From assembly GCA_045599365.1 (NCBI GenBank), contig JAZRVS010000185.1, positions 43,919-107,918 of the forward strand: a DNA stretch of 64,000 nt. Reading direction: 5' to 3'. The stretch is from Bacteroidales bacterium. GTDB taxonomy: Bacteria > Bacteroidota > Bacteroidia > Bacteroidales > UBA1715. The notes beneath the pieces were generated by a model. It was not told where the DNA came from. It did no database searches and saw nothing but the letters and a program-made list of their open reading frames with translations. The first letter of the stretch is position 1, and the number at the start of each line of letters is the position of its first letter. Of the stretch, positions 1 to 11,109 are shown piece by piece. A program made the position numbers and the translations under genes.

Positions 1-3000
1 TAGGTGATCGCGACCATCAATATTACGAATTAGTACAACAGTTTGCTTTACTCCTTCTACTTTAGAAATGGCATTTTCCACCTCCCCAAGCTCAATACGT
101 AATCCATTGAGTTTTACCTGATTATCAAGGCGACCAAGAACATCAACTCTTCCGTCAGGCAACCAACGGGCGTAATCGCCAGAGCGATAGACTCTTATAC
201 CTTGATAGTTGATGAATCGTTCAGTTGTTTGTTCTGGAAGATTGTTATATCCCGAAGCTACGCCTATACCTCCGATATATAATTCTCCAACAACTCCCAT
301 AGGAAGTTCATTGCCATCGGAATCAACAACAAATTCAGTATAGTTGAGTAATGGGGGTCCTATCGTAATCTGATTCGTATTTGTCAATTCCGCACAATTT
401 GACGATACCGTGATTTCTGTAGGTCCATACGTATTGAAAATTCGTAAATTCATTGAATGCAGACGTTCAAGAAGTTTGTCGGAGTACTTTTCTCCACCGC
501 TCATAATAACTTTACAATGAGACAACATTTCACAGAAATCATTGCTTTCCATGCAATTTAACAAACGTGAAGGTGTACCATTGATTGCTTGTGCGCCAGT
601 TTTGCGGAACAATTCTGCAAGTAAAATTGGGTTATTGACCTCGTCTTCGCTTGCCAGTACAGCCGTTATGCCATTATGCAAAGCTCCACCATATTCTTTC
701 AACGACATATCGAAAGATAGGGTTGTGATGCAAATATAAGCTTTCACATTTTCTGTCTTGAGGCTATGTATATGAGCATTGGCAGGATGGTCGTACAAAT
801 AATTGCATATACTTTCATGACGGAGCATTACACCCTTAGGACGTCCAGTTGACCCAGATGTGTATATTAGATATACAAGATCATCTGGACTGACGAACAC
901 ATTCGGATTACTTGCATAATCATCTGCATTATAAGTAAACAAATCATCAACAAGAATTGCATTGTCCTTATGTTCAGCCAAGTGTTCCTTGGTAGTAATG
1001 ACAAAAGTAGCTTTGGAATCGTCAGTTATAAGATTTATTCTTTCTGCAGGATATGTAGGATCGCAAGGAATGTAAGCTGCACCAGCTTTGCTTACACCGA
1101 ATATGCAACACAATACCTGACTCGTACGAGGTAAAAGCAATACAACTTTGTCACCTCGTTTTACGCCTTTTGCTATTAAAGCATGAGCAACACGATTACA
1201 TTCTGCATTGAATTCCTTAAATGTCAATTGACGGTCACAAGCATATACAGCCAATGCGTCAGGAGTTTTTTCTGCCCAATATTCTATTGGTTCGTAGAAA
1301 CGCTTGAATGGCACATCAGCAAGTGCAGTTGTTCGTAGAGTTTCAATCTTTTTCTTTTGCGCATCGCTCATAATAGAAATCTTCTTCACAAACTCGTTTG
1401 GTTGTGATATAAAGTTTACTATGGCTGTTTTATATGCTTCGGCGAAATTATTTGCAAGTTCTGGCGAATACAAAGCCTCGTCATATCCAATAGTTATCTC
1501 GTGCCCTCCATTTGTTGAGTTGTTGATGACTATTTTCATTTTGAACTTTGCAAGATCAAGGGATAGACCCTTTAGAGTCGCTTTTTCTCCATGAACAATG
1601 TTATTGTCAAGAACACCTACCTGATATTCAAATACAATCTCAGGCTTGAATCCATAATCGGCTGCAATTTGAGAAAATGGATACTGCTCGTGATAGAGGG
1701 TATCGGTGAAATTTTGATCCGTTTCTTGTATGAATTCACTTACTGATTGTTCTTTGATATTAGAACTGAGAGCAAGTGTGTTGACAAACATACCTGTCGT
1801 GTTGAAGATGCGTAAGTTGCTTCGTCCATTTGAGATTGTGCCGAGATAGACTTGTTTGTTGTTTACGAATCGGCTAACAGTGTAGTAAGCAGCGGCAAGG
1901 AATATACTCATTGGAGTTACGCCTATTTGCTTTGCCAAATGTTCTACGGGATTCATATCTATAGCACATACGGACTTCCCAATTGTATGGCTGGCTGCAT
2001 CGTTTTTAGGTAAATCGGCTGTTATTTCACTAGCACCTTCACAACATGCGAGGCGAGAATCAAAGAAAGATTTGGCTGATAGGTATTCTTCTCCATCTTT
2101 TGCGGCTATCTGTTCTTCAGCGAATTGCAGATATGAATAATTTTCCGCTTCTATTTTCGTACCATTTAGTCGATTGGCAATCTCTTTTGTAATCAAATCA
2201 ATGGAGCCACCATCAGAAATAAGGTGATGAATATCCATAAAGAGATGGGTACAACTTTCCGTTTTTACTATTTCAAAGCGGAACAAAGGTCCTTGTGCAA
2301 GGTCGAAATGACGAATGAAACTCTTTCCGTAAGAATCAATCTCGCTTTCGGATAGTTCGGTGATAGGAATATTAAAAGAAATGTGTTTATTGAGAATCTG
2401 TCTCGTTTCTCCATCTACAGTTTCAAATGTAAGCCAAAAACTTTGATGGTTTTCAACTGTTGCTTTGACGGCATTCTGAAGTTCCTCGGCAGAAATTGAT
2501 TCACTGAGATTAAGAACCAATGGTATATTGTACAATGTAGAATTAGGGAATTTCAGACAATCGAGATACACTCCTATTTGTGGATATGTTAACGGAGCAA
2601 AGTCGTTAGAAGTCTTTGATTCTTTGGAATTTGTTGTTTCCCCCGATTCTTGCCCATCAGCAGTTGGTTTTGCTCCGCCATTCATCCACAAAGTAAGAAT
2701 TTCGTTTTCTATGCTTTGCAGAGAACCTGTTTTAGCCAATGTTTTTGAGTTTACTTGTACACCAAATTTTTTATAGATGAGAGTCGCAAGTTTAATGCTT
2801 GAAATTGAAGTCAGTCCTACATATCCCAAAATATCAGTAATAGAGAAATCCTCTGTATTGACCACAGAAGCAATGATAGTTTTGAGTTCTTTTTCTAACG
2901 CATTGAGAGGAGCAGCGGAAACATTATCGCTACCAGTACCTTTTGATTTTGGTTCTGGTTTTGGTAAAGCTTTTTTATCTACTTTCTGATTCACATTAAG

Positions 3001-6000
3001 TGGAATTTTCTCAATCTGCATAGTAACAGCAGGCACCATATATGGCGGTTTTTGGTCAAGTATAAATGCGTTGAGAGCATCAATGTCCACTTCGTTTGCA
3101 CTTACCACGTATGCGGCAATGAATTTCCCGCCATTAGGGTCGTCAAATGCCTGAACGGTTACGTCTGAAATGCCATTGAAATCACGGATTACAGATTCAA
3201 TTTCCTTCAATTCGATGCGGAACCCACGAATTTTTACTTGCCCGTCTTTACGACCAACAAATTCAATGTTTCCATCCTGACGATAGCGAACGATATCACC
3301 GCTGTGATAAGCCCGTTCTCCGTTCATTGTGAAGAAGGCTTCTGCTGTTTTATCGGGACGATTCAAATATCCACGACCAACTTGTTTGCCCACAATAATA
3401 AGTTCTCCAGCGGCGCCCACAGGTAACCGATGTAGATTTTTGTCCACAACATAGCAATCAAGCAAGTCGGTTGGCTTACCAATAGGAATGTTAGATTCCT
3501 TCTTCAGTACAGGAGTGTTTGTCGCGAAAATAGTACATTCTGTGGGTCCGTATAAGTTATGGAATGTGTAACCTTGTGCGGGTTCAACGCTGATAAGTTT
3601 TTCTCCACCAACCGACAAATGTTTGAGTGAGTGATTCTCGGTGTTGAGAAGGAACTGAACTCCAACTTGTGTTGTAATAAAACTATGGGTGATATTGTTT
3701 TTCTCGAAATATTCATTCAATGCCACAAGATCAAGTCTGATTTCTTCTGCAATAATGTGAATTGTTGCGCCCGTTGTCAGTGCTGGATATAAATCCATCA
3801 TATTTGCATCAAATCCGAACGATGCATAGGCTGCAACATGGTGTTCGGGTTTCAAATCGTAGTAGCGACGATAATATTTGATGAAAGCAACAAGATTCTG
3901 ATGTTCCAGCATTACGCCTTTTGGTACACCAGTAGAACCTGATGTATAAAGGAGTATGAATAGATTTTGTGGGGTAAGATTGCAAATAGGAGTTTCCTGT
4001 TGTTCTATATTTTCAAGTTCGCTTGTAACTACCACTTCTCCTTCGTATTCGTTGATAATAGGACGAAGTTCATCATCTGTTATGAGCAACGCTGCATCGG
4101 CATCTTTCACCATAAAGTTCAGTCGTTCCTGTGGATAACTCGGGTCAAGAGGTTGATAGGCACAACCAGCTTTCATTGCAGCAAGTGGCAGAATGAATAT
4201 ATATTCATTCCTTGGAATGAGTATAGATACTACAGGTTCCGTTTTGCCACAATCTTTTATTTTGCTGTAGATAAATCCTCCAATTTTACTGCTCAATTCG
4301 TCTAATTCCTTGTAGGTATATTTCTTGTCTTTGAATACGGCAGCTACATTATCGGGATATTGTTTCGCTGCTCTTTGGAACAGAGACAACACAGTTTGGT
4401 CGGCATCTTCATCGGCCGAAACAGGATTGCTTTTTGCGTTGAAAGAGTCAAGCAGAGAAATCATTTGTTCGTTGCTCACGGTTACGTCACTCATATTTTC
4501 GCGGACAAGCAATTCTGTTACAATATGTTGAACAGCATCGGCAAAGCCTTTCACCATTGTCTCAGAGAAAAGGCTCGCATCATATTGCACGTTAATTATG
4601 CCTCCTTCTTCCACATTACCTTCTATAAGTACGGAAAGTGGAAATTTTGCTTTTTGAAGTTCCAACTTTTGAATTTTCAATTCACCGTTGTAACAGCGAT
4701 ATTTGTTGAGAACTCCAACTTGATATGCGTACAGTATGTTGGCCGTATATCCGTATTTTTCAACTATCTTGCTATACGGATAATCCTCGTTTGCCAAAGT
4801 TTCAAGGAATGTGTCGGCAACTTGTTGTAGATAATTGTTCACACTGAGGCTCGTATCTACTTTGCTTATCAATGGTAACGTGTTTACAAACATTCCGAAT
4901 GTGTTCGATATTTGTAGATTGCTTCTTCCATTGGAAACAGTACAAAGACCTACTATATCTTCTGTCGTATATTTGCTGATAGCAATTGTCATTGCTGCAA
5001 GATAGAGCGATGCAGGTGTAATATTCAATTGCTTGCATTTTGCTTGTACAGACTGTAAGTCTGTCGAAATTTTCACGTTTGCTTGCTGATGACTATTGTC
5101 ATTGTCATATTTATCAGGAAGTAGCGCCGATGCTTCTTCTATCTGACTAAGTTGTTCCGCAAAAAACTGTTCGGTTGCGGCATCTATCGTTTGGTTTGTT
5201 ACAAATTGATAGTAATTGTATTGCTCTTGTTCTAACGATTTTCCTTCAAGAGCCTGACACAATTGGTTATAGAATATATCTAACGAACCGCCATCCATAA
5301 CGAGATGATGGAAATCAGCAAATAAATATACCGAAGATGCACATTCAACAATTTCGAAGCGACAAAGCGGTCCTTCATGCAATGCAAACGGACGCACAAA
5401 GCTATTCTTCTCTTGCTCCAATTCTTGCTCAGTCATTGTTGTGACATGACAATCAATAGTTTTGTTCTCCATAAAACATTGATATACATCTCCATTTTCG
5501 TCGTTTTGAAAATGAGTGTACAAATGTGGATGAGCATCGAATATTTTATTTAAAGCTTCCCTTACTTGAACTGCATTGATACCTTGTGGCATTGTAAGAC
5601 AGACAGGTATATTGTATTGAATGTCATCGGGATTACTTATACATTCAGCATAAATGCCACGTTGAGAAAATGAAAGTGGTGCCGATGATATTTTTGCGTT
5701 TTGATTTGTGGAAATGTCTTCGATGCTTTGCAATTTTGTGGCTAAATCTTTAATTGTTGGATATCGCAATATGTCACGTACAGAAAGAGTTGCATTCATT
5801 TTGCTACTTACAAATACCGAAAGACGGATAGCAAGCAACGAAGTCAGACCTGCGCTTATAAGATTTGTTGTAATGCCGAAGTTTGTGTTCTCAATTATTT
5901 CTGCTACAATATCATACAATGATTGCTCAACCGCTGTTGTCGGCATAATTTTCTCTTCCTCAGAAATTGTAATGACAGGTTGAGGTAGAGCCTTGAGGTC

Positions 6001-8757
6001 GGTTTTCCCGTTAGGCGAGATAGGCATTTTCTCCAATTGCACGAAAATGGTAGGAATCATATAGTGGGTAAGACTTTTGCCCATCTGTTCCTTGAGAAGA
6101 GTTTCTAACGATTTTCTATCGGTATAGTCATTCTTTACGTTTTCTTTGAGAGTGTAGTATGCCACAAGATGGTCGTGACCATCAACGCTCTTAATCATTG
6201 CTACACCTTCTTTGACCTGAGGTTGTTTATTCAGTACAGTCTCTACCTCACCAAGTTCTATTCGGAGACCATTAAGTTTTATTTGGTGGTCTTTACGACC
6301 AAGAATGACAACTTCACCTTCGGTATTCCAATACGCGTAATCGCCAGACTTATAGTAGCGTTCGCCATTGTAATCAATAAATGCTTCGGCTGTTTTTTCT
6401 GGTAAATCATTATATCCAGCAGAAACGCCAAGTCCACCGATGATAAGTTCGCCCGTAACACCTACAGGAAGTTCGTTCAAATCTTCATCTACAACGTATT
6501 CCGTAACATTCAATAATGGACGACCAATCGTTATGTGATTTGCATGTGTTAATTCCTTACCATTACAGCTAACGCTGATTTCTGTCGGTCCGTACGTATT
6601 GAATAGACGTGCTGTTGGGGCAAGTTCCTTGATTTGTGGAAGAAGTGTTGGCGGATATTTTTCTCCACCAAGTACAATGAATTTACATTGTGAAAATGCC
6701 TTTTGGAAATCGGGAAGGTCAAGAAACATCTTTAAACGCGAAGGTGTTCCACTGAAACCATCAACATTTGTTTGATTCATCAAATTTGCCAAAGACTGTG
6801 GATTGTTGACTTGGTCCTCGTTGGCAAAAACTAGTTTCATACCGTTGAAAAGTGCAGATCCTATTTCCTTGAGCGAAAGGTCAAAACTTACTGTGGTAAT
6901 ACAAAGCATAGTTTTGCAATCGTTTACAAGAGCGTGGAAATGACGATTTTCCTCGTGGTCAGTAAGATAATTGCAAATACCGATGTGGCGAAGCATTACA
7001 CCTTTCGGACGGCCTGTTGAACCAGATGTATAAATGAGATATGCGAGAGATTCGCTGTCTTGTTTTATGTTCGGATTTGTGTCATTGCCTTTTGTTGTAA
7101 GCAATTCTTCTACATCGAGTGCTCGCTCTCCGTAATCAGACATTTTATCTTTTGTAGTGATTATGAAGCGTGCATGGCTATCATCTGTTATAAGCTTGAT
7201 ACGTTCTGCCGGATATTCTGGGTCGCACGGAATGTAGGCTGCACCTGTTTTCATTACGCCAAACATCGCGATGAGATGCCAACTCTTACGTGGTAATAAT
7301 AAACAAATACGTTCACCTGGCAAAACTCCCTTTTGGATGAGTGCATGAGCAAGAATATTTGCTTTTTCGTTGAACTCACGGTACGACAGTGTTTCGTTAC
7401 AAGCAATGACAGCTGTCGCGTCAGGAGTTTTTTCTGCCCAATATTCAATGCTATTGTGGAAAAGAGGGAATCTAACGGCTGAAGCGTCAAGACAAGTATG
7501 ATGTAGTTTTGCAACTTCTTCCTGCTGGCGTTCGCTCATAATTGATACAGAAAGTAGTTTTCCTTCTGGATTTTCAAGAAAATGCGACACAACAGCGTCC
7601 ATAGATTCTGCAAATCTGCTCACATATTCAGACGAATATTTTGCAGTATCGTAGTTTAGAACAATGGCTGGTTTGTCATCTATGTTATGTATCGTTATTG
7701 TGAAAGGACAAGTCTGATTATTGATATATAGAGCATCAACCTTAACGTCTTTGTTATTTATATAGAAATGATTCCCAAATGTTCCGTATTGGTATGTAAA
7801 TCGAACATGTTGTTCTACGCCATAATTGTTCACAATTGACGCAAATGGATATTCCTCGTGTTGGCGAGTTTCTTGAAACATACGGCGAATGCCGTGGATA
7901 AAATCGCACACGCATATATCTTCAATTTTGCAAACAAGTGGTATGGTGTTTACAAACATACCAACAACGCCCTTGGTTAGAGGATTCAAACGACCGTTGC
8001 TGATAGTCGTCATACATAAATCCTTGGTATTTGTATATCTGCTGAGTGTATAAAATGCCGCAGCCATGAATAGAGCCGATGGTGCGGTATCAAGAGCTTT
8101 TGCCTTCGTCATAACATCGGGTATGCTGACGAACTGCACAATTTCCTTGTGAGAACCATTTTCTCCGTTGAGGTCTCCCGAAAGTTGAGTTGACGTTACC
8201 CCATCTGCAAACAATGTATCGTAATATGCTTTATGATCCGTCGTGTCGGACTGTTGAGCTTCAGAAAATTCAATATACGAATGTGATTCGGCACAAGGTT
8301 CAACTCCTTCGAGTGCTGCACAGATTTCAGTTATGAGAATATTGAGTGATGTACCATCATAAACAAGATGATGAAAATCCACTAACAATATTGTTCCCGA
8401 TGGAGTGTCAAGTACTTCGGCTCTGTAGAGAGGACCTTGCTCAATATCAAATCTTCGACTGAAATTTTTCTTGACTTCTATTACACAGTTTTCATCAACT
8501 TTTGAAGTCTTTACTTCTGCCACACAGTGTTCAGCAAATACTTGAGTGGGTTTACCATTTCTGTCTTCAAAATGAGAGAACAAGGTAGGATGACACTCTA
8601 ATACTTTTTTCGTCGCAACAACAACCATTTCCAGGGAAATGCCATTAGGAAAGGATATGGCATGAGGATTATTGTAACGCAGATTCTCTGGTTCAAGAAT
8701 GCAGTCTATATAAACTCCTTGTTGTGCGTGTGTAATATGCGAAGTTTTGCTACTCAT
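1..8757 (-). CDS. Non-ribosomal peptide synthetase, N-terminal part (C-A-T / C-A-T / C-A...); C-terminus lies beyond the left window edge
   Basis: Minus-strand frame starts at ATG 8755-8757 (MSSKTSHITHAQQGVYIDC...) and stays open to position 1. It is absent from the ORF track because it is edge-truncated. Three condensation HHxxxDG motifs were read directly: DFHHLVYDGT ~8351-8377, ADFHHLVMDGGS 5285-5319, MDIHHLISDGGS 2203-2235. Three adenylation A3 motifs: YLIYTSGSTGRPKG 7001-7041, LLYTSGSTGVPKG 3915-3953, YLIYTSGSTGRPKG 833-873. Two carrier-protein serine motifs: SAGLTSLLAIRL ~5836-5850, GYVGLTSISS 2797-2826. Confidence 0.9.
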   Translation of the reverse strand, partial: MSSKTSHITHAQQGVYIDCILEPENLRYNNPHAISFPNGISLEMVVVATKKVLECHPTLFSHFEDRNGKPTQVFAEHCVAEVKTSKVDENCVIEVKKNFSRRFDIEQGPLYRAEVLDTPSGTILLVDFHHLVYDGTSLNILITEICAALEGVEPCAESHSYIEFSEAQQSDTTDHKAYYDTLFADGVTSTQLSGDLNGENGSHKEIVQFVSIPDVMTKAKALDTAPSALFMAAAFYTLSRYTNTKDLCMTTISNGRLNPLTKGVVGMFVNTIPLVCKIEDICVCDFIHGIRRMFQETRQHEEYPFASIVNNYGVEQHVRFTYQYGTFGNHFYINNKDVKVDALYINNQTCPFTITIHNIDDKPAIVLNYDTAKYSSEYVSRFAESMDAVVSHFLENPEGKLLSVSIMSERQQEEVAKLHHTCLDASAVRFPLFHNSIEYWAEKTPDATAVIACNETLSYREFNEKANILAHALIQKGVLPGERICLLLPRKSWHLIAMFGVMKTGAAYIPCDPEYPAERIKLITDDSHARFIITTKDKMSDYGERALDVEELLTTKGNDTNPNIKQDSESLAYLIYTSGSTGRPKGVMLRHIGICNYLTDHEENRHFHALVNDCKTMLCITTVSFDLSLKEIGSALFNGMKLVFANEDQVNNPQSLANLMNQTNVDGFSGTPSRLKMFLDLPDFQKAFSQCKFIVLGGEKYPPTLLPQIKELAPTARLFNTYGPTEISVSCNGKELTHANHITIGRPLLNVTEYVVDEDLNELPVGVTGELIIGGLGVSAGYNDLPEKTAEAFIDYNGERYYKSGDYAYWNTEGEVVILGRKDHQIKLNGLRIELGEVETVLNKQPQVKEGVAMIKSVDGHDHLVAYYTLKENVKNDYTDRKSLETLLKEQMGKSLTHYMIPTIFVQLEKMPISPNGKTDLKALPQPVITISEEEKIMPTTAVEQSLYDIVAEIIENTNFGITTNLISAGLTSLLAIRLSVFVSSKMNATLSVRDILRYPTIKDLATKLQSIEDISTNQNAKISSAPLSFSQRGIYAECISNPDDIQYNIPVCLTMPQGINAVQVREALNKIFDAHPHLYTHFQNDENGDVYQCFMENKTIDCHVTTMTEQELEQEKNSFVRPFALHEGPLCRFEIVECASSVYLFADFHHLVMDGGSLDIFYNQLCQALEGKSLEQEQYNYYQFVTNQTIDAATEQFFAEQLSQIEEASALLPDKYDNDNSHQQANVKISTDLQSVQAKCKQLNITPASLYLAAMTIAISKYTTEDIVGLCTVSNGRSNLQISNTFGMFVNTLPLISKVDTSLSVNNYLQQVADTFLETLANEDYPYSKIVEKYGYTANILYAYQVGVLNKYRCYNGELKIQKLELQKAKFPLSVLIEGNVEEGGIINVQYDASLFSETMVKGFADAVQHIVTELLVRENMSDVTVSNEQMISLLDSFNAKSNPVSADEDADQTVLSLFQRAAKQYPDNVAAVFKDKKYTYKELDELSSKIGGFIYSKIKDCGKTEPVVSILIPRNEYIFILPLAAMKAGCAYQPLDPSYPQERLNFMVKDADAALLITDDELRPIINEYEGEVVVTSELENIEQQETPICNLTPQNLFILLYTSGSTGVPKGVMLEHQNLVAFIKYYRRYYDLKPEHHVAAYASFGFDANMMDLYPALTTGATIHIIAEEIRLDLVALNEYFEKNNITHSFITTQVGVQFLLNTENHSLKHLSVGGEKLISVEPAQGYTFHNLYGPTECTIFATNTPVLKKESNIPIGKPTDLLDCYVVDKNLHRLPVGAAGELIIVGKQVGRGYLNRPDKTAEAFFTMNGERAYHSGDIVRYRQDGNIEFVGRKDGQVKIRGFRIELKEIESVIRDFNGISDVTVQAFDDPNGGKFIAAYVVSANEVDIDALNAFILDQKPPYMVPAVTMQIEKIPLNVNQKVDKKALPKPEPKSKGTGSDNVSAAPLNALEKELKTIIASVVNTEDFSITDILGYVGLTSISSIKLATLIYKKFGVQVNSKTLAKTGSLQSIENEILTLWMNGGAKPTADGQESGETTNSKESKTSNDFAPLTYPQIGVYLDCLKFPNSTLYNIPLVLNLSESISAEELQNAVKATVENHQSFWLTFETVDGETRQILNKHISFNIPITELSESEIDSYGKSFIRHFDLAQGPLFRFEIVKTESCTHLFMDIHHLISDGGSIDLITKEIANRLNGTKIEAENYSYLQFAEEQIAAKDGEEYLSAKSFFDSRLACCEGASEITADLPKNDAASHTIGKSVCAIDMNPVEHLAKQIGVTPMSIFLAAAYYTVSRFVNNKQVYLGTISNGRSNLRIFNTTGMFVNTLALSSNIKEQSVSEFIQETDQNFTDTLYHEQYPFSQIAADYGFKPEIVFEYQVGVLDNNIVHGEKATLKGLSLDLAKFKMKIVINNSTNGGHEITIGYDEALYSPELANNFAEAYKTAIVNFISQPNEFVKKISIMSDAQKKKIETLRTTALADVPFKRFYEPIEYWAEKTPDALAVYACDRQLTFKEFNAECNRVAHALIAKGVKRGDKVVLLLPRTSQVLCCIFGVSKAGAAYIPCDPTYPAERINLITDDSKATFVITTKEHLAEHKDNAILVDDLFTYNADDYASNPNVFVSPDDLVYLIYTSGSTGRPKGVMLRHESICNYLYDHPANAHIHSLKTENVKAYICITTLSFDMSLKEYGGALHNGITAVLASEDEVNNPILLAELFRKTGAQAINGTPSRLLNCMESNDFCEMLSHCKVIMSGGEKYSDKLLERLHSMNLRIFNTYGPTEITVSSNCAELTNTNQITIGPPLLNYTEFVVDSDGNELPMGVVGELYIGGIGVASGYNNLPEQTTERFINYQGIRVYRSGDYARWLPDGRVDVLGRLDNQVKLNGLRIELGEVENAISKVEGVKQTVVLIRNIDGRDHL

Positions 8758-8902
8758 ATTGTAATCGTGTAAATGTTATTTAAATAAATCATTCGTTTTG
8801 TGAAAGTTTGGTAATGCGTTATCAGAATTGGCATAACAACAAACCAAACTTAAACGATTGTTTCATACAAAGTTTTCTTGAATGGGGAAAGCTATATGAA
8901 TA

Positions 8903-9211
8903 CTATGGAATTATAGTAAACAAGGTGTCAAATCCTACTATTTGGAATATTTGCAGAATATTTTCTTTCAAGCCTATTAAAGAAATGCTGCCACCAATCT
9001 CCTTTGCTTTCTTGTTGAACAATAAAAGTGTTCGCAAACCCGAAGATGAAATATATTCAAGATTCGAGAAGTCAAGTGTAATCTGTTTTCCTTTATTATC
9101 TATTATTGGTAGCAATTGTTCTGTTAACTCTTGAGTAGCTGCAGTATCTAATTGATTTCCAATCTCTACAAGAGCTTTGTTTGCATCGTTTGTTTTAATG
9201 TTTGCTATCAT
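8903..9211 (-). CDS. STAS-domain protein (anti-sigma-factor antagonist, SpoIIAA-like)
   Basis: 102-aa ORF. The ...ITLDFSNLEYISSSGLRTLLLFNKKAKEIGGSISLIGLKENILQIFQIVGFDTLF pattern is typical of STAS/SpoIIAA proteins. Same strand as the NRPS and ~145 bp upstream of it. Confidence 0.7.
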   Translation of the reverse strand: MIANIKTNDANKALVEIGNQLDTAATQELTEQLLPIIDNKGKQITLDFSNLEYISSSGLRTLLLFNKKAKEIGGSISLIGLKENILQIFQIVGFDTLFTIIP

Positions 9212-9616
9212 AAGTAATTAATTTATAGAACAAAAATGTTTTGTAAACACCATATAAGATGTTAGCTATCAAGTCGTTATTGAACGACTTAACCATCGTA
9301 CAAAGTACGAAAAAAAAAATGAGTATATCAAGTAAAGAAAGAAAGATTTGCCCCCATTCTCTATAATAAATGAAAAATAGAGGTGATGATATACATCTTG
9401 TATGCGATTTAGTTATCAGTTGCCTGTTCTCATTTTCAAGCAAACCTCTTTGTGTTATTCAACGTACCATTATGGAAATCAAACTGAAAATGAGTCTCGA
9501 TACCTGTTTACAAATGATTGTGTCGACAACTTGTATATTGTTTCCAAAATATATTTTTGTTTTTATGGTGACAAGAATCTAAAAAATACGTACTTTCGTT
9601 ACGAAAAATTATCTAT

Positions 9617-11092
9617 ATGTTACGAAAACTTAGAATCGCATTTGCAATTATATTTTTTGCTTGCATCACCCTTTTATTCCTTGATTTTACGGGAACCATC
9701 CATGCTTATTTTGGATGGATGGCAAAAATTCAGCTTTTGCCTGCAATTTTGGCTCTTAATGTACTTGTCGTCGTTGGATTACTTTTACTGACAATCATTT
9801 TTGGTCGAGTGTATTGTTCAATAATTTGTCCGTTGGGAATTATGCAAGATGTGATTGCATGGTTTGGAAAGAAAAGCAAGAAAAATCGCTATTCTTTTTC
9901 TCCAGCAAAAAACAAATTGCGAATTATAGTGTTCATTGCATTTGTCGTTTTGTTGATTATTCCAGGCTTAAATGCAATTGCTGTGATAATTGCTCCTTAT
10001 AGTGCATACGGACGAATTGCATCAAATCTTTTTGCTCCGATTTATCAATTGGCAAACAATGGCTTGGCTTATTTGGCGGAGCGTTTTGATAGCTACACGT
10101 TCTATAGCGTTGATATTTGGATAAAAAGCATTTCAACTTTGGTTGTTGCCATTGTAACATTTGTGGTTTTTGCAATTTTATCGTGGCGAAACGGGCGAAC
10201 TTGGTGCAACACAATTTGTCCCGTTGGAACATTGCTTGGCGCATTTTCAAGATTGTCAATATTCAAAATTCAAATTGATACCGATGCGTGTGCAAGTTGT
10301 GGGTTGTGTGCAAAAAAATGTAAATCATCGTGCATAGATACCGAATCAAAAACAATTGAATATAGCCGTTGCGTTGTGTGTTTTGACTGTTTGGAATCGT
10401 GCAATAAGAATGCAATTAAATTTAAACCAAAGAAAAAGGAGGCAAGTGCCACATCAGAAACTGTTGACGATTCAAAACGAAAATTTCTTTCTGTGTCTGC
10501 TTTGTTACTTGCTGGAGCAACAGTAAAGGCACAAGAAAAGAAAGTTGATGGCGGTCTTGCAGAGATTTTAGATAAAGAAGTTCCAACTCGGGCAGTTCCG
10601 CCAAAACCAGCAGGTGCATTAAGTCTAAAGAACTTCAATCAACATTGTACAGGTTGCCAATTGTGCGTGTCGGTTTGTCCAAATCAAGTTTTGCAACCGT
10701 CAACCAACATATCATCGCTCATGCAACCAGAAATGACGTTTGAGCGTGGTTATTGTCGTCCAGAATGTGTGAAATGTTCGGAAGTTTGTCCTACGGGTGC
10801 TATAAAACCAATTACCACTGCCGAAAAATCGTCTATACAAATCGGTCATGCTGTTTGGATAGAAGATAATTGCATTGTAAAAACCGATGGCATTGGCTGT
10901 GATATTTGCGAAAGACATTGTCCTGTTGGCGCAATTATGCTGGTTTCGAGAACTGGAATGTCAGGTTCCTTAAAATATCCTGTAATCAACACTGAAAGAT
11001 GTATTGGTTGTGGAGCATGCGAACATTTATGTCCTGCTCGTCCACATAGTGCTATGTATGTGGAAGGAAACGAAATTCAAAGAGAAATATAA
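9617..11092 (+). CDS. Membrane-anchored 4Fe-4S polyferredoxin (NapH/MauN-like N-terminus)
   Basis: 491 aa with hydrophobic N-terminal segments carrying CSIICPLG and CNTICPVG motifs. About six CxxCxxCxxxC(P) clusters follow: CASCGLCAKKC, CVVCFDCLESC, CTGCQLCVSVCP, CVKCSEVCP, CDICERHCP, CIGCGACEHLCP. Confidence 0.8.
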   Translation: MLRKLRIAFAIIFFACITLLFLDFTGTIHAYFGWMAKIQLLPAILALNVLVVVGLLLLTIIFGRVYCSIICPLGIMQDVIAWFGKKSKKNRYSFSPAKNKLRIIVFIAFVVLLIIPGLNAIAVIIAPYSAYGRIASNLFAPIYQLANNGLAYLAERFDSYTFYSVDIWIKSISTLVVAIVTFVVFAILSWRNGRTWCNTICPVGTLLGAFSRLSIFKIQIDTDACASCGLCAKKCKSSCIDTESKTIEYSRCVVCFDCLESCNKNAIKFKPKKKEASATSETVDDSKRKFLSVSALLLAGATVKAQEKKVDGGLAEILDKEVPTRAVPPKPAGALSLKNFNQHCTGCQLCVSVCPNQVLQPSTNISSLMQPEMTFERGYCRPECVKCSEVCPTGAIKPITTAEKSSIQIGHAVWIEDNCIVKTDGIGCDICERHCPVGAIMLVSRTGMSGSLKYPVINTERCIGCGACEHLCPARPHSAMYVEGNEIQREI

Positions 11093-11109
11093 CCCACAAA
11101 AAGAAAACT

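Noticed and set aside
542-9134. Numerous 60-156-aa plus-strand ORFs in the track (e.g. 1304-1594, 3967-4305, 4360-4830, 8808-9134) and short minus-strand ORFs in other frames (3504-3716, 4802-5038, 6279-6461, 7254-7514)
   Set aside because: All lie inside or antisense to the continuous NRPS reading frame or the STAS gene. Their translations are low-complexity with no recognisable motifs, so they are shadow ORFs.
9195-9791. Small ORFs in the STAS/polyferredoxin divergent intergenic region (9195-9443 minus, 9370-9582 plus, 9402-9791 plus)
   Set aside because: AT-rich, overlapping each other and the real gene starts. The translations are hydrophobic and low-complexity with no family resemblance.
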